64,000 bases of DNA from an uncultured delta proteobacterium (GCA_963745035.1 CAVUVW010000017.1:256001-320000); one strand, 5' to 3'. Counted from the first letter of the stretch, positions 41,972-51,567 are shown. Program-made: numbers and translations. The notes: generated by a model from the letters alone, not told the origin.

Positions 41972-42397
41972 ATGGCTGACGCGCATATTCTAAGAATCGA
42001 TTCGCTGCCGGTAGTCGATCGCGGCAATGGCATCCGAACGACTCCGCTGGTTACAAAAGAGCTCGGCGCCGAGCACATCACGACCGGAATCACTCGCTTT
42101 CCGGCCGGCGCCAAAGTGCCGATGCATTCTCATAACTGCGCCGAGCAGGTGACAATCCTCGAGGGGGAAGCCGAAGCTGAATTCGACGGCGAGCGCCATC
42201 GTCTGCACGCGTACGACACGACGCTCATCCCAGCGAACAAGCCGCACCGCTTTGTGAATGTCGGTACGACGCCGCTGGCGATTCTATGGATCTATACTTC
42301 TTCGGAAGTGACCCGAACATTTGCCGAAACCGGTGAGACCGTCGCTCACCTTTCCGAGCGCGATCTCGCGACTCCTCTGTCTCCTAAGGAAAGATAA
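41972..42397 (+). CDS. Cupin domain protein
   Basis: PMHSHNCAEQVTILEG, IPANKPHRFVN. Confidence 0.88.
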   Translation: MADAHILRIDSLPVVDRGNGIRTTPLVTKELGAEHITTGITRFPAGAKVPMHSHNCAEQVTILEGEAEAEFDGERHRLHAYDTTLIPANKPHRFVNVGTTPLAILWIYTSSEVTRTFAETGETVAHLSERDLATPLSPKER

Positions 42398-42433
42398 AAA
42401 TCCCGGGAGCGATTTTCGCTCCGCGCCCGCTGG

Positions 42434-43447
42434 TCAGTTTCGTTTCATCGCCTCTTGCACGTATCCCGACTTTTCCAGCCGGTCGATGAATGAACTGTCG
42501 ACCAGCTCGGCGGCTTTGAGCTTGCCCATGCGCGGATTCATCCGCAGCAGCGCGTCGATCATGTTTTGCACGCCGGCCAAAGGTACGTTAGGGCTTTTGG
42601 TTTTGGCGTGCATTTCCAAGGTCGCATCGTACATGATCTGAACGCTTTGCGGCGTGCTCAGCTTCAAGCGCCGGGCGAGCACGTTCTTGACCACCTTCTC
42701 GTTGGCTGGATTCGGCAGGAAAGCGAGGCCGTCGATGGTGCCCTTGAGAAACGCTTCGATTTGCTGCGGACTCTCTTTGACGAAACGCCGCGAACCAACC
42801 AGCACCGTGTTGAGATAAGGAACATCGGCTTTGGTCAGATCGGCCATGACTGTGAGCCCTTTCTCTTTCGCCGCCTGCCCGAAACCCGGCTCTAACGGCG
42901 TCGCATCGATCCGGCCGCTGGCGAGCGCCGCTACGCGATCGGGCTGGGTTCCGACCTGCATGATGGCGATCTTATCTCGCACCGGGTCCAACCCGAGCGA
43001 TTGCAGCGCAACTTCGGCCGCCAGGTGGCTGCCCGAGCCGAACGTGCTGATGGCAACACGCTTACCCTTGAGATCGGCGGGCTGGCGCACCTGAGGTAGA
43101 ACCCAAAACTGATAAGGGAGAATATGAATCGTGCCGGCAAGAATGACGAGATCGGCTCCGCCCGACACGGCGCCCGCCGTCGGGCCCACACTGGTGGAAG
43201 CCAATTTAGCTTCGCCGGCGACCAGTGCCTGCGACGTCACCGAGCCGCTGCTTATGAAAACGGAAGAAACGTCGAGCCCATGTTTCTTATAAAAGCCTTG
43301 GTCCTCGCCGACCCACAAGCTCGCGTGCGTGGATATGAGTCCGGCGTATGCGACCAAAACTTTTCTTGAATCTTGCGCCCCCGCGTGAAAAGCGAGGGCG
43401 CCGACGAATAGGACAGCCAACAAAGCTCCGAGCATTTTCTTTTGCAT
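42434..43447 (-). CDS. SsuA/NMT1-like solute-binding protein
   Basis: Signal peptide; GFYKKHGLDV, DLKGKRVA, LEKSGY. Confidence 0.88.
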   Translation of the reverse strand: MQKKMLGALLAVLFVGALAFHAGAQDSRKVLVAYAGLISTHASLWVGEDQGFYKKHGLDVSSVFISSGSVTSQALVAGEAKLASTSVGPTAGAVSGGADLVILAGTIHILPYQFWVLPQVRQPADLKGKRVAISTFGSGSHLAAEVALQSLGLDPVRDKIAIMQVGTQPDRVAALASGRIDATPLEPGFGQAAKEKGLTVMADLTKADVPYLNTVLVGSRRFVKESPQQIEAFLKGTIDGLAFLPNPANEKVVKNVLARRLKLSTPQSVQIMYDATLEMHAKTKSPNVPLAGVQNMIDALLRMNPRMGKLKAAELVDSSFIDRLEKSGYVQEAMKRN

Positions 43448-43621
43448 CTGAGCTCCTCTTTGTCGATGGAAGTACTCGGCCTCGATACGCCCTCGCGTCT
43501 ACCGTGATTACTCCCGACACATGCAGCAACGATCGTGATAGCCGCCGACGATCCATCACATGTCTCATCGAACCAATCCATAGAAGGTGCGCGGTACTAG
43601 CCCGCTGAAGAAACCGTCTTG

Positions 43622-43747
43622 CAGGCTGCTCAAAAAGATCCAGAGGCGAGGCGCGCGATAAATCGTCGAGCGGAGGCGTACATCGGCAGTACGTTGACGC
43701 GAGGCGATTGAGCGCAACGAAGCCTATGGGTCTTTTTCAGCAGCCTG
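43622..43747. mobile_element. ~125-bp MITE-like element, copy 2
   Basis: CAGGCTGCTCAAAAAGA / TCTTTTTCAGCAGCCTG terminal inverted repeats; interior homologous to 8094-8218. Confidence 0.75.
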
Positions 43748-44522
43748 TTAATCCCAAATTCCTTCCGGCAGCGGCAGTCCGGCAAGATCGTCGGCGGCGA
43801 GCCTGCCGTCGGGCTCGATGCCGAAGCGCTCGAGGACGGCGATCATCTGCCGCGCATGCTGCGCCGAGTGCCAGGTTGAGCGCTCCAAAAGCTGATGCAT
43901 CGGCGGTGTGCCGTAGAATGTCTTGATCTTTTGCCGGCATGATTTGTCCGCGAGCCCGCCCCACCAGGTCTCGATGCGCGCGATAACGCCGTCGCCGTAC
44001 GTCGCGATTTCCGCGCCGGTGACGCAGCTTCCCTCCGCGGGCGGCACGTTGGCATTGTTGGTCTGGTATTCGACATCATCGATGGCGGTTTCGAGAAACG
44101 CCTCGCCGATGCGGAAGATGTGATGGCTTAAAAGCCGGATCGAGCGGTCGCGATTTTCAATCGCGCGCTGCGCAAACTGGGGGTTAGGAATCTGCCGGAC
44201 ATAGCGCTGCGCGGCGCGCAGCACCGTGATCCATTTTGCAGACCAGCACCGCCGGAGGAAGCGGACTGTGTCCGCTCCCTTGCAAACCGACGAATTCGGC
44301 GACGTCCTCCATGTTCTGGCAGAAGATGAACTGGCCGTCCTTTGCCAGCACCGGCACGCTCTGTGCGCCGAGGCTGAGCAACTGTTCTCGTCCCCCGGAA
44401 TCGTTCAGAACGTCGATCGTGTTGAAGTCCACGCCTTTTTTCGAAAGAAACTCTTTCGTTCTAAGGCAGCTGCTTCAACCGGGTTGGGTGAACAGAACGA
44501 ACTTGTCGCCGGCGATCTCCAT
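43748..44522 (-). CDS. Predicted selenoprotein: glutaredoxin/NrdH-like domain (UxxC) fused to DinB-like domain; one +1 frameshift ~44238
   Basis: ATG 44522: MEIAGDKFVLFTQPG-U(TGA 44477-44475)-SSCLRTKEFLSKKGVDF…QSVPVL, in frame with ORF 44184-44432; C-terminal LLSHHIF…WHSAQHARQ; SECIS-like hairpin 44442-44458; selABD in the window. Confidence 0.82.
44442..44458 (-). promoter_or_regulatory. SECIS-like hairpin of the Grx-DinB gene
   Basis: mRNA CGAAAGA-GUU-UCUUUCG, loop G 24 nt after UGA; outer GCCUU/AAGGC pairing possible. Confidence 0.65.
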
Positions 44523-44558
44523 CGTCGCGCCCCCGCGATGACCCACTAAACTGCGCGG

Positions 44559-44587
44559 AACCTATCAACCGTCACGGAAGGTGTCAA
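44559..44587 (-). promoter_or_regulatory. Putative sigma70 promoter for the Grx-DinB gene
   Basis: Minus strand TTGACA-17 nt-TAGGTT, followed by a GGGGG SD-like run 7 nt before ATG 44522. Confidence 0.55.
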
Positions 44588-44659
44588 TCAAGATCATGCG
44601 ATGGCACCCATCGCTTTTTCTCTTTCTCGCGCCTGTTGTCTCGCGCCTCACTCCTAATG

Positions 44660-45660
44660 CTATTTATCAAACGCGCCGCTTTTCTGGAGCTCGACCAGAT
44701 ACCGCCGGTCGATCATATCGGCCGGTTTGATCGCCTTGGCGCGCGGATCGACCGGCGCGATTTCATCGAGCGAAGCCTGAAGCGCCGCGTCGGCGATTTC
44801 GAGCCGGCGCTCCAGTGCGGGAATCTCCGATTGATACGCCGCGTCCAGAATCTTGGTGTCGTTGATGCGCAGATACTTGCCGAGCACCTTGTAGACAAAC
44901 GGCTTGTCCGTGTGGAGAATTCTTGCCGACTCCGCCATGACGCGCATGAATCTGCCGATCACCGGGCCGCGCTTGTTGATCATGGAACGAAGAGTCACGA
45001 ATTGCGTCGCGCCGTAGGGAATGCGCATCTCCGGCCCGTTGATTACATAACGAAAGCCGCGCGATACCGCCGCCGAGTCGCCAGGCGCAACCAGACCAGC
45101 GGCATCGACACTGCCGGCCACTAACGCCGCCAGCGTCTCCGGCCCGCCGCCGGTTTGGATCGTTTGAATATCCTTGCTGGCATCCATGCCCAATCGTTTG
45201 AGCGCCTGTATAGTAAAATAATGAGTATTGCCGCCAAAGCGGCCTACGGCGACCTTCTTGCCTTTGAGATCCTCGGGACGCTTGATGTCGGGCTTGCCGA
45301 GAATGCTGTGAGTCAAAATATTTTTTACGCCGCCGATAAAAACCAAATCGGTAAAGCCCTGAACATAAGCGCGCACATTGCCGACCGCGCCCGTAACGCC
45401 AATCTCGGCATCACCGTTCAATGTCGCGGCGGTGGCGACGGGTGACGACGGAATAAACACGAGACGAAAATCCAGATCGTACTTTTTGAAGAGCCCGGCT
45501 TCCTGAGCGATCCACGGCATCGACTGAGACATGACCTGCGCCGAGTGCAGGCCGATCAGGCGATCCGCCGCGAGCAAACCATTCGGAAAAGAAGAATCCA
45601 TCCGATGAGCGCGGCCGCGGGAGCCAATTGGCGAAGCAAACTGCCTAGCTGAGTGCGCAT
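44660..45660 (-). CDS. SsuA/NMT1-like solute-binding protein (frameshift ~45590)
   Basis: Signal peptide MRTQLGSLLRQLAPAAALIGWILL in a shifted frame; PWIAQEAGLFKKYDLD, DLKGKKVA, LQKSG. Confidence 0.83.
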
Positions 45661-45685
45661 AGCCCTCTCCTCTGCTGGTCTTGAG

Positions 45686-47335
45686 TCAACCGATCTCTTC
45701 GAACTTGAGCCGCTTGGCAATTTTTTCCGTCAGGTCTTTTTTCGACACCTTGCCGAACGGCGACAACGGAAACTCCTCCACGATCTCCAACCGCTCGGGC
45801 AGTTTGTGTTTGGCGATTTCCTGCGCCACCAAGAATGCGACAAGCTCCGGCAAGCTTAGCGATGCGCCGGCCCGCAGAATCACGTAGGCGCACATGCGCT
45901 CGCCGAGAACCGGATCCGGCATCGGCACGCAAGCGACGTTTTCGACCGCGGCATGGCCGAGAATCAGATTTTCGATTTCCTCGGCGCTGATCTTCTCGCC
46001 GCCGCGGTTGATCAAATCTTTCCTGCGTCCCTCGACCATGTAATTTCCCGACGGGTGCAGCCGCATCAAATCGCCCGTGCGATAGAAGCCGTCCGTGGTA
46101 AAGGCGCGCGCATTGTATTCGGGCGCGCCGAAATAGCCGCGCAGCGTGTACGGCCCGCGCGCCAGCAACTCGCCGACTTCGCCGGGCGCCACCTCGTTGT
46201 CGTCGTCGTCGACGAGCCGCGCTTCATCGTCAGGGCTGAGCGGCCTGCCGACGGTCTCCATCCGCACATCTTCCGGATCATCGAGGCGCACGAACATGAG
46301 CATGCCCTCCGCCATGCCGAAATTTTCCTGCACGGTCACGCTTGGAATCAATTCCTTGGTTCGCCGTCGGACCTCGGGCTGAAGCCGCTGACCGCCGCTC
46401 TGAATCACGCGCAGCGAGGAGAGATCGTATTTCGTGATCAGCGGATCGTTGATCCAGCGGATGAGCAGCGCCGGCACAACCGCCACGTGCGTGACCCGAT
46501 GCCGCTCGATCAGGGCGAAAACATCCGCGCTCCGGGTCGAATTCGACAGCACGAATTTGCCGCCGTGCAAAAGATAGCCCTGCAAGCCCGGACAGGCGAG
46601 CGGCAGGTTGTGCGCCAGTGGCAAAACGTCGAGAAAAATTTCTTCGGCGCCCACGCCAGTCACCGCCGAGGCGATCTTGGAGTTGTAGAGATAGTCGTTG
46701 TGCGAACGCGGGATGAGCTTGGGAATGCCGGTCGTGCCGCCGGAAAGTTGAAATACCGCCGGATCCTCGGGATCGATGAGAATTTTTTGGAGGTCATTCA
46801 CCGAGCGCCGGGCAGGCCGCTCGATCAAGTCGCCGAGCGAGAGAAAACCCGCCGGCGCGTCGCCCAAAATCACGCAGAAACGCACCGAGCGTTGGGCGGC
46901 GCGAATTCTTCTCACCGTCTCGCGATAGTCGAAATCCTTGGAGCGATCCAAGGTCACGCACGCCGCCGCTCCGGAAAGCTCGGCAAACTGGCTCATCTCG
47001 CGATGTCGATGGGACGGCAGCGCCAGGATCGGAATGCACGCGATCTTTTGCAGCGCGAAGTAGAGATAGACAAACTCGGCGACATTGGGGAGCTGCACGA
47101 CGACGCGATCACCCGGCTCGAATCCTTCGTCGAGCAGATTCAGCGCCAAGCGGGTGGCGCGCTCGTCGAGTTGAGCGTAGGTGACGGCCCGCTCGCCGTC
47201 GATCAGCGCGACTCGCCCGGCATGGCGGCGGAATACCGGATCGAAACTGTCGCGCAGCGATCGATCCTCCCAGTAGCCCTTGGCGCGATAGCGCGCGGCA
47301 AACTCGGGAGGAAATCGTACCACGCCGTCTAACAT
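45686..47335 (-). CDS. Aryl-acid adenylating enzyme (2,3-dihydroxybenzoate/salicylate-AMP ligase, EntE-like)
   Basis: YRAKGYW, FQLSGGTTGIPKLIPRSHNDY, HNLPLACPG, FGMAEG, FYRTGD, RGGEKI, GKVSK. Confidence 0.9.
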   Translation of the reverse strand: MLDGVVRFPPEFAARYRAKGYWEDRSLRDSFDPVFRRHAGRVALIDGERAVTYAQLDERATRLALNLLDEGFEPGDRVVVQLPNVAEFVYLYFALQKIACIPILALPSHRHREMSQFAELSGAAACVTLDRSKDFDYRETVRRIRAAQRSVRFCVILGDAPAGFLSLGDLIERPARRSVNDLQKILIDPEDPAVFQLSGGTTGIPKLIPRSHNDYLYNSKIASAVTGVGAEEIFLDVLPLAHNLPLACPGLQGYLLHGGKFVLSNSTRSADVFALIERHRVTHVAVVPALLIRWINDPLITKYDLSSLRVIQSGGQRLQPEVRRRTKELIPSVTVQENFGMAEGMLMFVRLDDPEDVRMETVGRPLSPDDEARLVDDDDNEVAPGEVGELLARGPYTLRGYFGAPEYNARAFTTDGFYRTGDLMRLHPSGNYMVEGRRKDLINRGGEKISAEEIENLILGHAAVENVACVPMPDPVLGERMCAYVILRAGASLSLPELVAFLVAQEIAKHKLPERLEIVEEFPLSPFGKVSKKDLTEKIAKRLKFEEIG

Positions 47336-47354
47336 GCCGAAACCTTCATCCAAC

Positions 47355-47416
47355 TCGAAGATGGAGAATGGAGGATGGAAGATAGCAATCCTCGATCCTC
47401 GATCGTCAATCCTCGA
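47355..47416. repeat. Inverted 7-bp (GAGGATG/GATCCTC) tandem-repeat element
   Basis: GAAGATG GAGAATG GAGGATG GAAGATA … AATCCTC GATCCTC GATCGTC AATCCTC GA. Confidence 0.82.
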
Positions 47417-47429
47417 CTCACTCTTAAAA

Positions 47430-48194
47430 TCACGTTGTGCTCGAAAACCCGCCGTCGACGATGATGATCTCACCAGTCACGAAACGGTTGTGCAAAATAA
47501 GGCTGAGCATGCTGTCGGCGACATCGTCCTCCGTGCAGCAGCGCTTGAGCGGCGTATACTTGGCGCGGCGCGCCATCAAGCCGTCATAGTTTCCCGCCAG
47601 CGTGCGTTTCATCCACTCGCCTTCGATCCAGCCGGGAGCGACGGCGTTGACGCGAATTTTCGGGCCGAGGGCGTTCGCCAGCGTCTTCGTCAGATTCGCA
47701 ACCGCCGCCTTGCTGGCAGCGTACGGCAAAGGCTGCGCGCTCGGGCGCAGCCCGGCGATGCTGCACGTGTTGACGATGCAGCCGTTGGGCGATTTTCCGA
47801 GAAGCGGGACCGCCGCGCGCGTGACGAGAAAAACTCCGAGCACATTCACCGAGAAAACCCGGTTCCATGCTTCGACGGTCATCTCTTCGAAATTCGCCGG
47901 CGGCACATCGACCGTCGCGCCGGCGTTGTTGATCAGCGCGTCGAGCCGGCCGAATTCCTTCTCCACCGCCGCGAGCATCGCACGCACGCCGTCGTCGTCG
48001 CTCACGTCGCAGCGATAAAGAAACGCCCTCGCTCCCGCCGTCTCCACTTCGCGCGCAGTCATCTTCGCCGCGTCTTCGCTCCGGCTGTAGTTAACGACGA
48101 CGTTATAGCCGTTCTTCGCGAGAGCGATCGCTGCGCTGCGACCGATGCCGGTGGATGCGCCGGTGACGAGGGCCGCGGGTTTGGGGTCGTTCAT
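47430..48194 (-). CDS. SDR family oxidoreductase
   Basis: TGASTGIG, NNAG, YAASK, RVNAVAPG. Confidence 0.93.
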   Translation of the reverse strand: MNDPKPAALVTGASTGIGRSAAIALAKNGYNVVVNYSRSEDAAKMTAREVETAGARAFLYRCDVSDDDGVRAMLAAVEKEFGRLDALINNAGATVDVPPANFEEMTVEAWNRVFSVNVLGVFLVTRAAVPLLGKSPNGCIVNTCSIAGLRPSAQPLPYAASKAAVANLTKTLANALGPKIRVNAVAPGWIEGEWMKRTLAGNYDGLMARRAKYTPLKRCCTEDDVADSMLSLILHNRFVTGEIIIVDGGFSSTT

Positions 48195-48214
48195 CGATGC
48201 AGCTCCGAGCGTGA

Positions 48215-49207
48215 TTACGGCAGGTTTAGCAGCTTCGCCGCGTTACGGCGCTCGATTTTGGCGCGATCGCTTGATGAGAGGCCTACTTTATCGAGTTGGG
48301 GGATGGTGTAGCCGAGACCGATTTCAGGCGGCGAAATCGGGTAGTCGCCGCCGAGCACGATCCGATCGGCCGTCATGCAATCGAGCGCGCAGCGAATCGC
48401 GGAGGCGTCCGCGGTATGAGTGTCAACATAGAAGGCTTGGCAGTACTCCACGACGCGCCTCTGTAGATAGTCAGGTAGAGGCTTTTTCTCCTGCTCATAG
48501 ACGCGCCGCTCGAAAAAAAACTGTTGATCGAATCGCCCCATCGTAAACGGCAAAAAGCCGCCGAGCTGGCAGAACACGAACTTCACTCCCCACCAGCGGT
48601 CGAAAACATTGGCGGTGATCATCTTGATCAGACAAAGCATATCGTCGAGCAGAAACCCGACGCCGCTGTTGAGATAGCGATTGTTGAGTCCGAGAGCTTG
48701 CTGCCATGCCGCCGGCACCTGGCCGGGGTGGACCCAAAGTGGCATGTTCCACGCCTTGGCGCGTTCGAAGATCGGCTCGTAAACCGGATCGTCGAGGGCA
48801 CGACCGTCGAGATTGGTCGAGAGAGAGATGCCGAAAAGCCCGAGTTTCTCCACCGCGCGGTCGAGCTCTTTTAGCGCCCCTTCACCGCCCATGGGATCCA
48901 CCGCCGCCGCGGGAATGAAACGATTGGGCGCGATGCGCGCCGCTTCGGCGATGTAGTCGTTGACCATCTTGACGACTTCATCCATCGGCAGCTTGCGCGC
49001 GCGCGCCGCCGGCACGAGCAGGTTGCCGTAGTTGATCACTTCCTTTTCGACGCCGAAGCGGTCCATCAAAACGAGATGCTTTTCCAGCGAGCTGAAGCCT
49101 TCGTCGGCGTAGAGGCTGCGCCCGAGATAGCTGCCGGCGGCAAATTCCCGCAGTGCATCGAGAATGGTCGGCGGCAAGCAGTGCGCGTGGCAATCGATCA
49201 AGTCCAT
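48215..49207 (-). CDS. Amidohydrolase_2 family protein
   Basis: IDCHAH, LWVHP, LGGDYP, NAAKLL. Confidence 0.88.
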   Translation of the reverse strand: MDLIDCHAHCLPPTILDALREFAAGSYLGRSLYADEGFSSLEKHLVLMDRFGVEKEVINYGNLLVPAARARKLPMDEVVKMVNDYIAEAARIAPNRFIPAAAVDPMGGEGALKELDRAVEKLGLFGISLSTNLDGRALDDPVYEPIFERAKAWNMPLWVHPGQVPAAWQQALGLNNRYLNSGVGFLLDDMLCLIKMITANVFDRWWGVKFVFCQLGGFLPFTMGRFDQQFFFERRVYEQEKKPLPDYLQRRVVEYCQAFYVDTHTADASAIRCALDCMTADRIVLGGDYPISPPEIGLGYTIPQLDKVGLSSSDRAKIERRNAAKLLNLP

Positions 49208-49375
49208 CTTAGCTCCGGCTAACTTGTCTTGTCGGCGAAAAAACTAACACCGCGCCGTCCGATCTGTCAATCAAACCAGCACACCTGTTAACGCTCTGCG
49301 CTGAGTTTACAGTCGTCGTTCCGGCATGCTCTCGGCGGGAACCCCGGCGAGATCCGAATGCGTCTTCGCTGGACA

Positions 49376-49696
49376 CTAGAAAAATCGGGAGAGAACCAGA
49401 ACCAACACTGCCCCGGCGATCATTCCGGTCACCGCGCTTTTGGTTTTGTAGGCGATCAAAATGGTGAGCGCCAACGCGATCGAGCGCCGTGGCGCCGCGG
49501 TGGTATCGATGCTCGCGCCCGACATGAACAGCGTGACCGAGATGATGCTGCAGATGAAACCGTAAGAAAGATAACGGAGCCAGCGATTCCAAGCCTCGGG
49601 AAATTTTTCGCCGACGAAAAACATCTGCGGCGCAGCGCGCACGGCGAAAGCCAGCAGTCCAATGATAAAAATTATCTGGAGGCGCGTAATTTCCAT
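49376..49696 (-). CDS. azlD: AzlD-family small exporter subunit
   Basis: About 106 aa hydrophobic; VRAAP…P…RWLRY; follows AzlC. Confidence 0.72.
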   Translation of the reverse strand: MEITRLQIIFIIGLLAFAVRAAPQMFFVGEKFPEAWNRWLRYLSYGFICSIISVTLFMSGASIDTTAAPRRSIALALTILIAYKTKSAVTGMIAGAVLVLVLSRFF

Positions 49697-50412
49697 TCTT
49701 CGAGTGCCCACCCCACCGTCGCAACCAGGATCGCCGTAACCAGCCAACCCCATCCCGGGCTCAGCGCCATGCCGGGGAGAGCCGCGATCAAGCTGCCGAG
49801 GCAAATCAGCGGCATCGCCCTGCCTTTCATCTCCACTACCAGCAAACCGGCGAAATAGCCGGGCAGAATGAATTTGAGCGCCTCATCGAAGCCCGGCGGA
49901 AAGCCGAAAGCAGCGAGAAACCCCGCCGCGGTACCGGCCACCCAGACCACAAAGCTGGTCAGCCCGACGCCGAGAAAAAACGCCAGATTACCCCGACCGT
50001 CCACGCTTTGCCGTTCTGTCTCGTTCGCACCAACGGCATTCTGCTCTTTCTGGAACCGCATGTAAGGCACGATGAAGCTGCTCGCGCTGACGACGTGCGC
50101 CGCGAGCAGCAAGTGCGGGCGTTTCGCGCCGCGAAAAAACGGCGCCAGCGCCGTGCTCATGGGGAGGAAGCGCAGGTTCATGAGGAAACCGGCAATCAGC
50201 ACTTGCAGCGCGGACTTTCCTTCCGCCAACGGGGCAAGTACGGCAAATTGCGCCGGCCCCGAGTACACCCAGGCGGACATGAGAATCACTTCTTCGAGGG
50301 AGAGTCCGTGATCTTGCGCGGCGATGCCCCAGGCAAGCGAGGACGGAACAAAAGCGATCCAAATCGGAATCGCCGCCTTCATTCCCTGGCGGAATCGTGC
50401 GGAGAAAGCCAT
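49672..50412 (-). CDS. azlC: AzlC-family branched-chain amino acid exporter
   Basis: FRQGMKAAIPI, MSAWVYSGPAQF, MNLRF, WVAGTAAG. Confidence 0.85.
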   Translation of the reverse strand: MAFSARFRQGMKAAIPIWIAFVPSSLAWGIAAQDHGLSLEEVILMSAWVYSGPAQFAVLAPLAEGKSALQVLIAGFLMNLRFLPMSTALAPFFRGAKRPHLLLAAHVVSASSFIVPYMRFQKEQNAVGANETERQSVDGRGNLAFFLGVGLTSFVVWVAGTAAGFLAAFGFPPGFDEALKFILPGYFAGLLVVEMKGRAMPLICLGSLIAALPGMALSPGWGWLVTAILVATVGWALEEWKLRASR

Positions 50413-50571
50413 CCCCACCGATTAACGAAGCGGCAGAGAAAGATCAATGAACGCAGGATCTACCAGGACGTGATTTATGAGCTTGCGCAAGCCGACGGAG
50501 AATGGGAAGGCGTGCCTTGCCCTTTCGATCAAAACTTTCGGGCGCTTCCTGCCTTCGTGGTGAGTACCGTT

Positions 50572-51567
50572 CTAACTCTTGTAGCCCAGCTCTTTGGCTA
50601 CTTCCCGGGCGATGCGCGCATCCGTGATTTCCTCGAAGGAAATTTTCTTGCCGGTGAATTGGCCGAGGAGCTGCAACGATTTCACGATCTGTTCCATCCC
50701 CTCCCGGCTCGGCACGCCGTTACCCGAGGCGCTGCGGGTATTGTCGGCGAACATTTCCTCGGCTACTTCGCGGTCGACTTTTATCGTGCGCATGATCAAA
50801 TCGATCGCTTTTTCTTTCGATTGCAGCAAGCTTCTCTTGGCGGTTTGCAGCGAGCGAATCACGCGCTTCAACTCGCTCGTGCGATTCTGTATGGCGGCAT
50901 TGGAAGCAGTAAGACCGCCGAGCGGCATCTGTACGTGCTGATCGATTTCGAGGAGCGGGCGAAATCCCTTTTTCTTGGCATGATAGTTCAACGGCGAATT
51001 CAACTGGGCGGCTTCGATGGTGCCGTTTTCCAATCCGCTCATGAGCTGCGGCGCGCCCAGAGCGACAATGGTGAAGTCTTTGTAATTTTCGCCGACAGCT
51101 TCCAGAGCGATACGCAAAGCGACGTCCGACGTGCCACCCAGCCCGGTAAGACCGATGCGCTTGCCACGCAGTTCTTTCAGCGATTTGAACTCCGGCCGCG
51201 CCAGAACCGTATAGATCAGGGACTCCGAAGCGAACCACACGGCTTTGGAAGGCAACCCCCTCAGCGTTGCCGCCACCGAGTTGGGCCCGACGCCGGCGAC
51301 GTAGTGAATATCGCCGCTCGCCAATGCCGAATTGGCCGCCTGCGAGCGCATCTGAATAGTCTCGACGTCAAGGCCGTTCTGTTCGAAGATCTTCCATTGC
51401 TGCGCGGCAAACAGGGCCAGGCAGCAGATGGAAATGTTGGGATAAGAAATGCGAATCTTGGTTTTGGCTTCCTGGGCGGATACGAACTTTGCGGAAGCGA
51501 CAGAGATAAAAAATACAATCGTGATCGCTGCAACGATGAACGTCGCGCATCGAATATTCTTCGCCAT
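50572..51567 (-). CDS. SsuA/NMT1-like solute-binding protein
   Basis: Signal peptide; IFEQNGLDVE, ELRGKRIG. Confidence 0.87.
   Translation of the reverse strand: MAKNIRCATFIVAAITIVFFISVASAKFVSAQEAKTKIRISYPNISICCLALFAAQQWKIFEQNGLDVETIQMRSQAANSALASGDIHYVAGVGPNSVAATLRGLPSKAVWFASESLIYTVLARPEFKSLKELRGKRIGLTGLGGTSDVALRIALEAVGENYKDFTIVALGAPQLMSGLENGTIEAAQLNSPLNYHAKKKGFRPLLEIDQHVQMPLGGLTASNAAIQNRTSELKRVIRSLQTAKRSLLQSKEKAIDLIMRTIKVDREVAEEMFADNTRSASGNGVPSREGMEQIVKSLQLLGQFTGKKISFEEITDARIAREVAKELGYKS

Noticed and set aside
45686-47335. Siderophore/NRPS biosynthetic cluster
   Set aside because: No carrier protein, condensation domain, isochorismate synthase or TonB receptor nearby.
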